The notes beneath the pieces are model-generated. The model ran no database searches. It was not told the DNA's origin and saw nothing but the letters and a program-made list of their open reading frames with translations. A DNA stretch of 62,560 nucleotides, filler included, from Choristocarpus tenellus KU-1152 (Eukaryota; Protista; Phaeophyceae), in assembly GCA_964200185.2 (NCBI GenBank). It is 8 parts of 8 records of this genome, joined end to end, with 100 filler letters (N's around TTAATTAATTAA, not from the genome) between each part and the next. Parts side by side here need not be neighbours in the genome. Positions count along the whole stretch, not along the records: positions 37,815 to 40,816 come from CAXNAD020023015.1; positions 40,917 to 51,424 come from CAXNAD020002886.1; 6 more parts are not named here. One strand, written 5' to 3'. A program made the translations under genes and the position numbers. Positions within the stretch are counted from its first letter, which is position 1. The number at the start of each line of letters is the position of its first letter. Positions 37,848-50,640 of the stretch are shown in pieces.

Positions 37848-40650
37848 ATCTCGGCTTTCATTGCTAATAGCGGGAATAGCAAATCGTTGCCTTCAACTCT
37901 AGGCAAGATCTTGGTCAATCTCCACCTCGTTTTCGCCTCCAACACGTGTCACTGTCGTAACCTACAGACGGGCTGGCGTCCTCGACATTGACTTCTTTCA
38001 AACTACTTCGCCCCGCAAGCCACCTCCATTAAACACGTTCACCACGTCAACCGTACCGTTTGCTCTGTTCGATTGACATACTATCGTTCTTCCATTACAC
38101 TCTCCCATTTTTGACGTCACCATCGTCCCCTCCTCTCCTCAACAACGTTCTCTGCCGTGTCCACCACCAGATTCTCGAGAAGGACTCGACTCTACGCGCT
38201 TACCTCACCACCTGGGATGGGAAATACCAGGATGTCCTCAACCAGGTCAACCTCCACCAAGTTCACAGCGGGCAGGGCGGTGATGGCGGCGGCGCAGACG
38301 TCAAGAGCAACAACGGATCGGCATCAGATAGCCGTGAGAAAGAAGATGAGGGAGGGTGCGAACACGAAGGAGGGGACGGAGACAAGGGAGGGGACGAACA
38401 CAAAGGAGGGGACGGACTGCCAGACAGGGAGGATACGGGCGAAGGGGGTTCTGTCGACAGTGTTCCTGGTGCGGGGGAAGAACAAAACGGCCATGGAGGG
38501 TCGAATGCGGGCGTTTGCTGTACTGAATGCAATCCTTCACCTCCATCGCGGTGAGTAATGTAGTTGTAATGGTGCACACGGGGATGGCGGGTAATAAATG
38601 GCGTAAGATTGGTTTTCATCCAATCCCCCGAACGGCTAACTAGGTTGTCTTGTTTCAGTGGTGCACGCCATTGAACCAGTGGATCTTGCGGGGTCCCTCT
38701 GTGTGTGGCGCTGCGGTCGCTACCCTCACCTCTCTTTATTTGCCACAGCCCGATTGTGGATGTACATCACCGACTGTTGTATCTCACCTGTACTACTTCG
38801 TATTGTTTTGCGCCGCCAATTTCATGGTACTTCGTAGCCATGGATCCCCGCGTTGCGTTGTGGCACCCAATTAATGATTTGGAAAAATACTATCCTGTCT
38901 GTTTGACGCTCTCGTTCGATGCCACGCGCGACAGGTATTCATGCCCAAAGTGCTCCATCACGCACGTGGGCGAATGTGCCTACGTGGAGATTGTGGCCGA
39001 CGGGAGGCACAAGGATCGATTATGTATCAATTTCCCCATGGCACAGGAGGGCAGTGAAGGGTCTGGATCGGTGGGGAACAAAGCGGCGGGTCGGAGCAGG
39101 GGCAGGGGCAAGGGTAAGGGTCACGCAAGGAGCGCCGGCGGGTCACCCACGACACAAAGCCTTTTACGTCCCCCCTCACGCAGCGAAACGGCGGACATGG
39201 AGAAGTGCATATGGGTCTCGTCATGGTTGCACATTATACGGATATACAAGCCGTCTCTTCATGTTCAGTTTCGCGTTGGTTTGCACGTGGGTCTTGGCTG
39301 CTTGTACATCATGTGGATTGCTCATCCTTTGTGTGTTCGATGTGAAGTTTTTTTGGAGGTTTCCATGGGCCATGGAACTTAATGTTTTGACGTCTCCCCT
39401 CCTTCCACAAGATGTATCTGATGGGTCTGGCGTTGTGGAGGGTACGGCTTGACATTTTGGGGATGCCGGGGAAATATTGTCAGGACCTCACTTAATGATA
39501 CGATTGCCTGCACCGTTGCTTACGACGCTGTCCTTCTTGTCGTGCTGTCTGTGTACTGTGTCGTGTGTCATCATGTCCAACCAGGACTGAGAACACTGCA
39601 CTACACGACCTTCGCCCTCTCGACCCGACACTACCCTTAGACGGCCTGAAAGAGTTCGCCTTCTGCAACACGCCAAAGCTTGCCATAGTGTCCATTGCCG
39701 CTGAGCCAAGACTCGTCAATGACGAAGGGGCGACCAACACACACTTGCACCAGGTGGTTAAGTGCTTGCAGGTGAAGATACATCCTCAGGGCACCATCGC
39801 GCTATTTGTGCCCCACCCATGGGCTGCATAAGCACACCGCCTACACGATGAGTTGCAGAGTTCACCGGCGCTGAAATGTGGGGTGTATTGCGGGAGACTA
39901 TTGCAATCCGCCACGGCCGTTATCAGTCCGCCTATGTGTCCATCGGAAATTGTGCGGCCGTTCAGGAGATGCGAATTATGTCATGTGTCTTTCTTTTTCG
40001 CTTTCCCCATGTTGAATCATCTTCTTCGTACCTTCTATTTCCTTTTGTGTCTCTTGCAATTTCCCCCGGTTCCTTCGTAGTTCTTTGTTTCATTGTCCAC
40101 GAATCGCATGCTGGTGTTACTTGTCTTCACTACATTATTTTTGCCGTCTTTCCTTCTATTACAGAATTTCCTATTGTTTGCATTTTTGCATTTGTTATTT
40201 GCCTTGCGTTCCACACTCGTTGTACTACTATAATGTTAGTATGCGATTTCATGAATCCCAACAATAACTGCTTGTGTGATGTCACCGTCAAGTACGACGC
40301 ATGCCGGACCCACGCGCTCGCTCCCGCCTTCTCTTCATTCAGGGGCTCTTATGGAGTCGAAGGTGGGCTTGGATGTGGAGAATCATCCCCTCTGCTTATA
40401 ATGTACAAGACGAGGGGGGGAGGCGCCCTCTCGCAGGCACGGATAACCATCTCGGATGCCACCAGGACATGATTCTTCTCGCTCGCAACGATGGGACAGA
40501 GTTCACGTACAACAAGCGAGTCACCGTCGACGACATCTTTGGACACGGGAGTGATCCATCTCCTCCGGTACTTCAAACCATGTATGACGTCGAGTACCAA
40601 GGTGCTGCGACGGACATCCCCATGAGGGCCCTCCACTTTCTCGTTAACAG
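37848..40650 (+). mobile_element. Possible KDZ/Zisupton-like (CxC/SWIM zinc-finger) transposase relic
   Basis: GC-richer contig with broken plus-strand ORFs. Cys/His clusters (TCHCRN...LCRVHH; YSCPKCSITHVGEC), a DGLKEFAFCN segment resembling CxC-domain YDGxxxxxFN, and AFSSF...GCGESSPLLI...ISDAT resembling the CxxCGxxPxxVIxDG region preceding KDZ cores. In-frame stops present. Motif resemblance only. Confidence 0.35.
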
Positions 40651-40816
40651 GTTCGTTAATTACGTCACACACGCCCTTCTTCATGGGAGCAGCGACGTTT
40701 TTTGTATAGGTGTAGATCATCATTAAACAGTAACACAACAACTGGGTGACGGTTCAGGGGCGTCAAACCGTACCATGAGTGTGTTTCCCTGAATCAGTAC
40801 GTTAAGCATCAAACCG

Positions 40817-40916
40817 NNNNNNNNNNNNNNNNNNNNNNNNNNNNNNNNNNNNNNNNNNNNTTAATTAATTAANNNNNNNNNNNNNNNNNNNNNNNNNNNN
40901 NNNNNNNNNNNNNNNN
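40817..40916. other. Artificial contig linker
   Basis: Same spacer. Confidence 0.98.
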
Positions 40917-41548
40917 TGTCTACAAGGTGACCTACCACATAACCTCATGTAAAGGCGTGGGGAAGGGGGGGGGGCTTTTGCTGGCTTTCACTGGTACCTG
41001 ATTGTATGCCAGATGACCTTACATTTACTTTCAGACAAGAGATTCGTCTTGAAGAGCAGAGACTTGGGAGATGCCTGCGCAGATATGCTCGGGTTATCTT
41101 CACGAGCTAGATTTTGGTTTGTGGTCTTGGAGAGGAAGGTAGTCGCATAATAAAGATACGTTTCTTTTTTGTGAAACTGTGCATATTATTTTATTACTTA
41201 AACGCAATAGTGTGTATTAGTTCCTGTTGTTGTTGTGTGTGTGTGTGTCCCTCCCATAGTGTGGACATATTTTTGTCTTCTGTTTTTTAAGCTGTTCGGT
41301 ACAGTACAGTGCATTAGAACCTTTTTCGTGGTGGTACTGCATGCTCTACCCACGCTCCATTTTCTGTCCTCACCTCTCGAACCTGGTCCAGACACTGGAA
41401 CCAAGAACCGCAGTTATACTGCTGTTGGACCTCAGTTGTACCCAAGGAAGTACAAAAAAGTACTCCATCGATACTTCCCCCTCAAGAAACATGCGCACTC
41501 TCCCTTTCTGCTTGTGCATGGTTGTTGCACTGTCATGTTTTTGTTCAG

Positions 41549-44500
41549 GGCACCTTGAGTCTCATTCGGCGTACTCTGTACTCTTCTGTGGATACAACCA
41601 ACCGCATTGCTTCATCTGTGTCTTTTGGCTTACTGGCATCTGGAACTGTTGATATTCTCATTCAGGGGGGGCGGCTGGTCCGCCCCTATGGAATCCTAGA
41701 TGGTGAGTTGGTACTACCACAGTGGTCTAATTATTTTTTTTGTTGAGAGCCCGAACAAAAAAATTCTTCATTTTTTTCTCAAAATTTTGGACACATTATT
41801 CTGAGACATCTCTCTGCTATAGCAACACTTGAGCTTTTTTTATTGTTTTGGTGAAAAGGAAGAAAAACATCCCTCCTTGTTATCAGAACAGTCCTAACCC
41901 CATTGACACCATTGGCATTGTATGTGTGTGTGTGTGTGTTATTGTAGGTTTTATGCTGGGTATGGCAGGCGCGGTGAGGGAGCCTCTACTGGGATTGCAC
42001 GGCTCAGGTCTAGCAGGATTAGCACGAGGTGCTCTGACTGGCTGGCTTGGATTGGCCATTAGGCCCATGTATGGGGCATTGATGTCAACTTCACAGGTAA
42101 GTGTAACTTGTACGTACAATTTTACTGTACCTTTGTATGCTTTCGGAAATAGTGCTAGCTCTACTAGATTAGGAAGGCTTTTATGGAACTTTAACGACCG
42201 GTGTGTCCGTTCTCTCACATCTCCCGATGATGGCATGTTTTTTAATTGTATTGGTACGCTTCCTGTGGTATTTCATTTGCACTGTATGCCAATTACATTT
42301 GGGGAGGGGAGGTGGGCTGGAGCAGGGATGATGTGCGAATTTATGTCCACATGTTTGTCTGCGCATGTATGGCCCTTTTTGTGTATTGATTGAGTATGCA
42401 GAGGGGCATTCCCTTGTCTCCTGGAGGCCACAATGTGTGTTATTGCCCGTTTTGTCTATGTGGCAACCCTATCTCCCATGTGTGTATACAACGGTTGGAA
42501 ACACTCTGAAGCTCATAATTGTTGTAAAAATATTGCTACATCTCTGTCACAACCTACTAGCAATGGGTGTGTGTCTGCAGAGCATGTGTTGAACTCCCCA
42601 ACTCGCTGGGAAGCAGAATGCCTTTTGCTCAACACAATACCTTATCATTTTTTTCACAGAGGTAATATATAATCCCCTGTAGAGACACCAATAGCGTAAG
42701 TACTGTTGGTATGAACAGGATAAAATGGCAGGCAGCCTGCATCAAAACAAAAGTGGTACAGTAGATAAACTGCACCCATGAAGGCTCCGTTACACCACGA
42801 TTTTATCTCTTTTGCAAGGTGTGTTGTCCTTTGTTTGTGAAGGTGGTGGTGGGGTGGTGAAATGTGGCCTACATCTTGTGCATAGCATTGTGCAGTAATT
42901 GTGGGTAGTATTACTATACATTACGATAACCAGCAGTTGATTGTGTTGATCAACACTAGTGTTTGGTGTGTTTATTGCTGTGTGCTGTAGAAACAGTATC
43001 TAGTGCGGCTCTATGGGTGGTAGACAGATGCTTTGTTGAAGTATGTGTCGGTGTTGTGTAGTAATGTGCATACAATTGCTGTAAGTTTATTCAAATTCGT
43101 ATTTGCAGTGTGGTGTAATTGGTCTGTTCTACCCCTTCACTGTAGTAATCCAACTTAAAGCTTGCTTCTTCAGCCGGTGCTGAAATCGATTTATTGTAAA
43201 ATGGCATATTTTGTGCTCCTCTTCTATTGGGTTTCCAGGTGTGCCGCATGGCATCTGTGTACCTGGACCCACGCCTGGACAGTAAACAGAAATTGGGCAT
43301 GCTCCGTGCCCGCCCCCCTCGATTTTTCCAGTCTCGAGACCAGGTAAAGTGGGGAAAAGGCAATAATTTGTTTTGGACATTTGTGCCAAGCTTGATGATA
43401 AATATATATTATAATATCGAGGCTTTTTTATTGGTGCAAAAATATCGGGTGTTCTTTACCCCTACTCTCAGGATGATTGAATAAGGGTGCTTTGATCCTA
43501 CTCAGAGAAATGTTGATGACTAGATTTCAAACACTAGCATGTAAAAAGATAACTGGACTCTCTGCCCCCTGAACTGCCTTGCGCTTGGGTAGGTGTTGTC
43601 AGTGTATTCTCAGGAAGAAAACATTGGAGAAGAGGTACTATCCAGGGTACACGGAGGAAGGTATCGCTCCGATGGATACGTGTGGCACACACCTCTGCAG
43701 GCAAGAGGAGCCTTCACATTATTAGCAGCAAAAGAAGCGTTGCATACGTACACGACAGCACCAACTGACACTGTGTTCTGTAAATCCTTCCTTACAATGG
43801 ACATGTTTTATGCCTTGGGAGAGCATATTATACTTCCTAAATGATGGTAGTAAACTCATTTCATGATGTCATGTCTGTTTCTCCCTCCCCCATAAAGGTT
43901 CCCTTGAAGTATCAGGTCGCAGTGCTCTTGTCCACACCATTATTAATTATTTACCCTTCCCCTCCCTCCAGTGCCCTAACCTTTCATAACACCCAACCAT
44001 ACTGAACAAAACATTGCCAGGATATGATGGTCCTTGTCACTGGTCGTCGTCTCTTGATGCTGCATGGAAGGGTCAAGAACCGTTCTGGAAGACCTGGGCT
44101 TAACTACTGTGTGGTAGAGTGGGAGGTTGAGTTTGGGCTTATGGTAGCACTGAAACTAGAACTGGATTCTGCTGATGAGGGCAAAGATGATGTCAAGACA
44201 AGAGAGACCAAGACCTTCATAATTAGCAGAAAAGTCCGTGGTGATGGCAATCGTCAAAGGGTGGTAGACAAGGTGAGTCTTGTTCACATTAAAATGAAGT
44301 ATTATCATTGTTGTACGCATTAAAATTTGGGTGGAGGACAACGCAAAATTATTTGTTTTCATTACACTGATAAAGAAAAGTAGGTGTGTCCACGGTGAGA
44401 CATTAGGATGTGCTCACCTCCGCAAAACTGACTTCCCCCTCCCCCCCACGCACCCCTACTTAAATATATTTGTGTATATTTGTCATCACTCGGCTTAAGG

Positions 44501-45294
44501 ATGAGGGTTGTCCAGTGAATTTGGTGCTTTATCATATTTCAGAGATTGGTCCAAGAGAGGTGGACACAAACAGTGGTAAGTGCTTCTGTGGTGCTTTGTT
44601 ATTTTCCTGTATAAAAATTGCCTGTTTGGGCTCATGGATTTTGGAGGACGGGGGAAACTTATATTGCTGTCATACACTGAATCTTGATAGGTATGCCAAT
44701 CGGTACCTCGTCTGTGGGTGTCATCTATGACTTGTTGACACTTCGAAATACCCTCCCCCTCCCCCCCTCATCCTTCGTTCCACCTGTTCTGAACTTATTA
44801 CCTAGGGTTTGGGATTCTGAGAGGTAGAAATACAGGGGGTGGTCTAAGCTTTGTGCGCAGGGTAATAAAGTGCTTGGATAAAGCCCAGGCGCTGCAATTG
44901 TGCCAGGTCCTCATGAAAGAGGTAAAGTGGTAAATGCCTTCAAATAGGCTGCTTTATCTTCTTTCTGGTGGTTGTATTTTTCATTTCCAAGTTGTGCGAT
45001 TGCTAGTGGTACTCCATTCATCAATGCACTACTACTATGCTTTATTTGAAAGGAGGTGTTCTTCCAGAAGTTGCCACAATACAATGGTCTGTTCCATAAT
45101 GTCTCACAATGAATTGTTCGGTTGACTGGGAATGCCCTCAATGAGTTTGGTTGACACTGGGAACAATTCCTTTCAACATTATTTTCAATGCTATGTTCCA
45201 AGTTGACTGGGAATGCAATGAGTGTGTCATCTCTTCCAATGGGGCACTAAACAAGGTCTCGTTGTTCTTGGCAAGATCAAAGCATCAAATCTAA
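41549..45294 (+). CDS. VPS13: VPS13-family lipid-transfer protein, C-terminal exons (ATG2_C-like helices plus PH-like tail)
   Basis: Exons 41549-41702, 41948-42096, 43239-43343, 43593-43700, 44021-44272, 44500-44575, 44806-44921 and 45256-45294 join in frame. Product: GTLSLIRRTLYSSVDTTNRIASSVSFGL...GFMLGMAGAVREPLLG...GLARGALTGWLGLAIRPMYGAL...RARPPRFF...LVTGRRLL...VEWEVEF. The Gly-rich amphipathic pattern, RxRxPR and WxV motifs fit the VPS13 C-terminus. Terminal exon less certain. Confidence 0.8.
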
Positions 45295-47133
45295 AGAGCT
45301 GAGGGTGCGAAAATTGACTATGCCACAATACAAGTAACTGTTGCAACTGCCATCATAGTTACTGCTGAGCCATCTTCAGAAGAGGATGCCAAGGCCTTTC
45401 AGGCTAGTGCATGAACTAGAGAGGTTATTTCAAGTGAAGGCATGCATGTATTACAATCACGCACCCTATATCAATGACAGGTCCTATTTGTGTCTTCCAC
45501 TGCTATTGTCACATCTTTGAAATGTGTGCATAATGGCAGCAATGGGCCTGCGCTCATTTGCTTTCTTTATTATGCACTTTTCTGCTGCTATAGACAGGCA
45601 CTTGCTTGGATATAAATGACTGAAATGACATACGTGCAATTGCTGTGTACTCTACTACTACCGTAATCATCTTCCATGGGGAAAAATTCCCCAAAAAATA
45701 CTTAAACGTCTGGTGTCGTTGGGGTTCATCATGTATAAATAGTAGCCATAATTTTGCTCAGTTGGAGCTTTCACATCCCTCCCCATCCTATCATCTGATA
45801 TCTAGAGCTCCCTGAGACACTTTGGCCGACTGCCCCGACTATGAGTCTTGTGAAGCTGACGTTGATCCTCTTATCCCTATTCCTATGGTTTCTCTTGCCA
45901 TGAACGGTTATTTGTCCTTGGATGAACCAGGTGCCATGTCTTGCCACAACCGACATTACGCACTGGCTTAACTCTTCACTCTAACAGCACCAACTAAGGA
46001 CCAGGCAAAGGGATGCCTAGAAGGAGAACCTCCTAAACCACAGTGCATATTTTAAGCAGGTGGCAAGACAGAGGAACAATGCTGGGCAACTCTAATGTTG
46101 CCTTGGAGGAGAAAAATACTGAGAAAGGCAACTTGGAGGAAAAGGGAATAATCTCAAAGCGAGGTGGCAGATTTCAGGGCTGTTACATTCTTACATATGT
46201 ATGACCTGCCATGGTTTTATCTGTCAGGTATATTTACTGGTAATTTACATTGTATTCCGGAGCACAATCACAACTAGTTGTCATTTATGTCATCATTACT
46301 CAGTGAGTGGTATTTTTGTCTTGTGTGTTCTGCTATAGGCACGATTGTGGACAACATTTTTGAATAAAATACTAGGCCAGGAAGTTATTCCCAGGTGAAA
46401 TGGGGTAACAGTTTCATGTTTGGACATGCCTGTCTGTGACAAGTTTCCAAACCGGCCATACTGTAGATACCTGTTGATGGACCAACTACTTGTTCAACTC
46501 TTCCTGTTTGTATGTAGGGGATGGAAAATACAAAGATGAGGGTAAGCCGATCGGACAGAATCCACAAAGAATCGCAGAAATATTGATGTCATTTTGATGC
46601 TATCTAATTTTGACTCTTAGCAATTTCAGGGGTCTAACAATCGGGAACAATGTTGTGCACTGTTGGTTTTACCAAATTGATGGGCACAGTAGGTGGTTCT
46701 AACGAATCGAAGGCTTAAGGGTCCAGGATTTGTACAAGTTCTCAAATCAAATCAAAATGGGGAAATTTGAAATGAGTAACACATCCAAAGGCGAATTCTC
46801 ACTCTGCAGAGAGAGACCACAGTACGACAGAGTGAGATTCATAAAAAGTTCATGCACATCTCAATAACATGCAGTCTTTCGATGTAAAAAATACTCTTAC
46901 AGTGCACATGACTTCATAAACAATTGAAGACAGCAAGACCATAAGAGTTGATATATTTTGTCTCATAAATATCCATGTGCAAAACCCTCATTGACTCCAT
47001 TAATGGGGACCTCAGGAACAATTTAGCTTATGTTGACATGCTGATAACCTACAGGAATAGCAACAAATGCTGCTCTGCTCCTCCTATATTTTAGAGTAGG
47101 CAAATAGAGCTCAATCTGCACTAAACACACTTA

Positions 47134-47307
47134 ACAGCGGATCAAGATAATGGAGGATGGATTTTTCCCAAGATGGTGCGCGGAAAGTGCCCATATGTTT
47201 TTTTTTTTAAGGGCCCCTTTTTGAATGGGAATCCATGCAAAAACATATGGGCACTTTCCGCGCACCATTTTGGGAAAAATCCTTCCGCCATTATCTTGAT
47301 CCACTGT
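47134..47307. mobile_element. Foldback element / MITE with ~68-bp near-perfect TIRs, flanked by TA
   Basis: acagcggatcaagataatggaggatggatttttcccaagatggtgcgcggaaagtgcccatatgtttt is the near-exact reverse complement of 47238-47307. TA lies on both flanks. Confidence 0.75.
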
Positions 47308-47924
47308 TACTTGCTCAAATACACTCCTCAAGGTGATTATTACTGAACACCCCTACTAGGCACATCAAATCTGCCACATAGGCATTAAGGCATGCCAGGA
47401 CAGTTTCATTTAGTACTTTAAAATGTGACGTTGGGCTTTTACCGTCAGCCTGATAAAATTAGTTATCATAGTGAAGGAAATTGAATCTTAATCATATACC
47501 AGTAACAGGTAACAAACAAAGGGGAAAGGAGGAATGTAGTTACCTGCTACCATACGTACTCACACGTCAAAAAACATGAATGTAGTTACTGGGTGCTCTG
47601 TATGTACACTGAACTACAACAAAATGGAGTACAAAAAAGAAAAACCCAAATGCACAATGGGATAGCATAAAATATGCACATGCGTATCAACATAAGACAG
47701 ACGTGGTTCATTGTGGTCAAAAAACATCTACCCACGTCTAACAAAACTTTGTGGCATGCAATAAGAAACATCTTTGCACTTAGTCAAACTTGAGACCAAA
47801 ATTCACACTTGAATGTTGGGAGATCAGTGCAAAGCCAGAATGTACAACCATACCTACTACTAAAAGTCAACACCACTATGTTTCCTCTTCCTGCAGTGGT
47901 GGTTACTATGACAGCTTTGATGTA

Positions 47925-49495
47925 TTATTTCACAGGGCAACCTCTTACTGATAAGCATTCCATTGGAGCTGGCCAAGTAACACCAGCCAATGATTGCTTG
48001 AACCCATATCCTAGTGTTAGGCTGCTTCAACCATCATGGCCACATTACCTTACCTACTGGTTGATTGAAGCAATGTCCGAAAGTCAGCTGTTCCAGTCCC
48101 TCTGTCCACACCACCTGATGCACTGGCTTGTTGAACATGTCTCCGAAAGTTACCTGCTTCAACTGCCGCGGTAATTTCGTCTTCTGCACTGACTGGTTGA
48201 ACAGATAACCAAACGCCAGGCGATTCAGTTTTTGAGGCCACATAACAACATCAATAATTTGATTAAACCCACATCCGAACACCAGCTGCTCTAGCTCCTC
48301 CAGTCAAACCACCTTGTCCACCAGCTGATTGAAGCTGTAACCAAATGCCAGTTGCTTTGGCTTTGGTGGCCACACCACCATTTGCAATGGCTGGTTGAAT
48401 GCATATCCAAACGTCATCTGAATCAACCCGTGGGGCCATGAGGTCTCACAGACCTGTTCATCAAATCCGTCGCCGAAGTTGAGTATTTTAAATCCCAATG
48501 GCCACATCACCTGGTCCACGGACTGGTTGAAGCCATCACCCAATACTATCCGCTCAAGACCTGGAGGCCACATCACGTCGTCCAGTGATTGGTTGGAACG
48601 ATCTCCAAGGATCAGCTTAACAAGCCTCTGCGGTCCTATTATCCTTTGTAAGGGTTGCTTGAAGAAAGCACCGAAGACCGGACACTCAAGCCCTCACGAC
48701 CATACCACCTCGTCCACAGGGTGGTTGAAGTCCTCCCCAAAGGTTACACACTTCAGACCCTTGGGCCACAAGACCTTGCTCACATTTGATTGGATTTATG
48801 ACCGAATATCAGTTCCTCCAGCGTCCGCGGCCATGTAACATCATCTATCGACTGGCTGAAGCAATACCCAAGGTCAACTATGTCGGCCTTTCTGACCATT
48901 CCACATTATCCACTGGCTGGTTGAAGAAACATCCAAAGGTCAGCTTCTTCAACCCTTTCGGCCAAACAACCCCATCAACGGACTGATCGAACAAGTATGC
49001 AAGCGTTAGCTCCTCAAGATCCACTGGCAACACCAGTTGAGACATTTCGTTCCACAACAAGGTTTTAGGGCGAAAGCGCAGCATTCCAGAAAAAGCACTT
49101 GTTCGAGACTGTCGCCGATCGTTATAATGCTGTTTAAATTAGAGTTTTTTGAGCGCAAGTGGTCATGCAAGCTTCGGAGAGAGGTCTTCGGTGGGTAATT
49201 CCCATCTGATTTGCGTAACGTATGGACATGGAAACCTCGACGAAAAATTGTGTTCGACCTCAAGTGTTTTCGGAGTGTTTTGACGCACAACCGGGTGGTA
49301 AGCCCTGACCTCCCGGCAATCCCTGCACAGATCAACAGAGACTAGTCGCAGAGATCTGAAATCTGATATATCGATTAAATCCGACCCAGCAATAATTCGG
49401 AGAGCCTTCAGGCACGATTCAAACCTCTTATTGTGAACTCCCACCCCACGATTTTCCTCTGTAACATGAAGGGTACGCAAATTGCTCATGACCAA
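47925..49495 (-). pseudogene. Intronless F-box-like + FNIP-repeat protein, disrupted by stops and frameshifts
   Basis: More than a dozen ~23-aa repeats of the form FNQPVxxVxWPxxLxxLxFGxx in several broken frames (48034-48282, 48304-48576, 48878-49084). An N-terminal LRIIAGSDLIDISDFRSLRLVSVDL segment resembles an F-box. No introns evident. Confidence 0.82.
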
Positions 49496-50640
49496 GAAGG
49501 TGTAGACTATGCGCAGTGCAGTACTTTGTTTCTACTGTAGAGTGGAGGTACGGTGATATTTTGTTGCGTATGAAGAGAGGTAGGTGTACACCATCATCTA
49601 TGAACAAAGAAACACAATTACATCATTATTACCATCTCAATGTCCACATCTGCTACCGCCTTCAATAGATCAGGTTACCAATATTATCCTATATGTAATT
49701 CGCACGAGCGCGCGGTAGCCAGATCAAAAATCGAGATAGATGACCACCCGATTTTCCCGAAATTCTTTCCAACCAGTTTTTTTTTCTATAAAATCAAACA
49801 GCAAACAAGTTTGAAATAACAACAACGTGAACCAAACAAGACAGCACACCCTCAGCGAACCAAAGTGCATCTCCTCGGTACGGAAGCTGCTTCCAAAGAG
49901 CTGTGCGTGGCTAACGTTGACCACCGCGGTTCTCTTTCGTGTTTTTTCTGTTTCTTTCTTTCATTCCAGTGCAAACTTCAGAAAACTCCTCCCTGAGGAC
50001 CCTCCTTTTCAAACGACGACACCTTTTTGCACATGACTTCATGGTCGTAAACTGAGGGGTAAGCTTAGAATGTTTATCGCAAAATTTCGCCTCATAGGTT
50101 TGTTAATTGCTGCTACATGCGATCTCCCTCTTTAGCCTCTAGTCGCAACTCTTGTTGTGTCGTTTCCCTTGACCATCTCAACCTCATTAACCTCATCGAC
50201 TGCGGCTTTTTGTACGTCTTCAGTACGCTGGCAGACCCTTTCTCAAGTTCTCACTTTTACTTGTGATGAGGCAATGTACCCATTCTCATTGTTGTAGCGT
50301 TGTCGAATTGCCCCAACTTGAACATCTCAGCGCCCACTCTGTAGTCAAAAGGGTTGACGCAGTTTCACCACCGTCTTTTTAGGCTCATTTGAAAGTGAGC
50401 ATCACCCTCTTTGATCTCTCACCCCTGGCAGACCCCGTCACTTGCACTGCGACTTCTTCTGACTCTCCATTTCCAGTCATGTGCCCTATATGCAGTCATT
50501 CCATCTTCAACTAGTGGCAATATGTCTTTTCCATAGGGGCTAACTCTCCTGGTGTTTGACCAATGCTTGGTCACACTCTTTTTCACACTCATTCATAACC
50601 CTGGCCTTTTTTTTCCCCCTGTGGCCTTTCTTCTCTCCAG

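Noticed and set aside
48840-49165. In-frame stops in the FNIP and copia ORFs as stop-codon readthrough or an alternative genetic code
   Set aside because: They co-occur with frameshifts and involve different stop codons, while host exons translate cleanly with the standard code; this is simple pseudogenisation.
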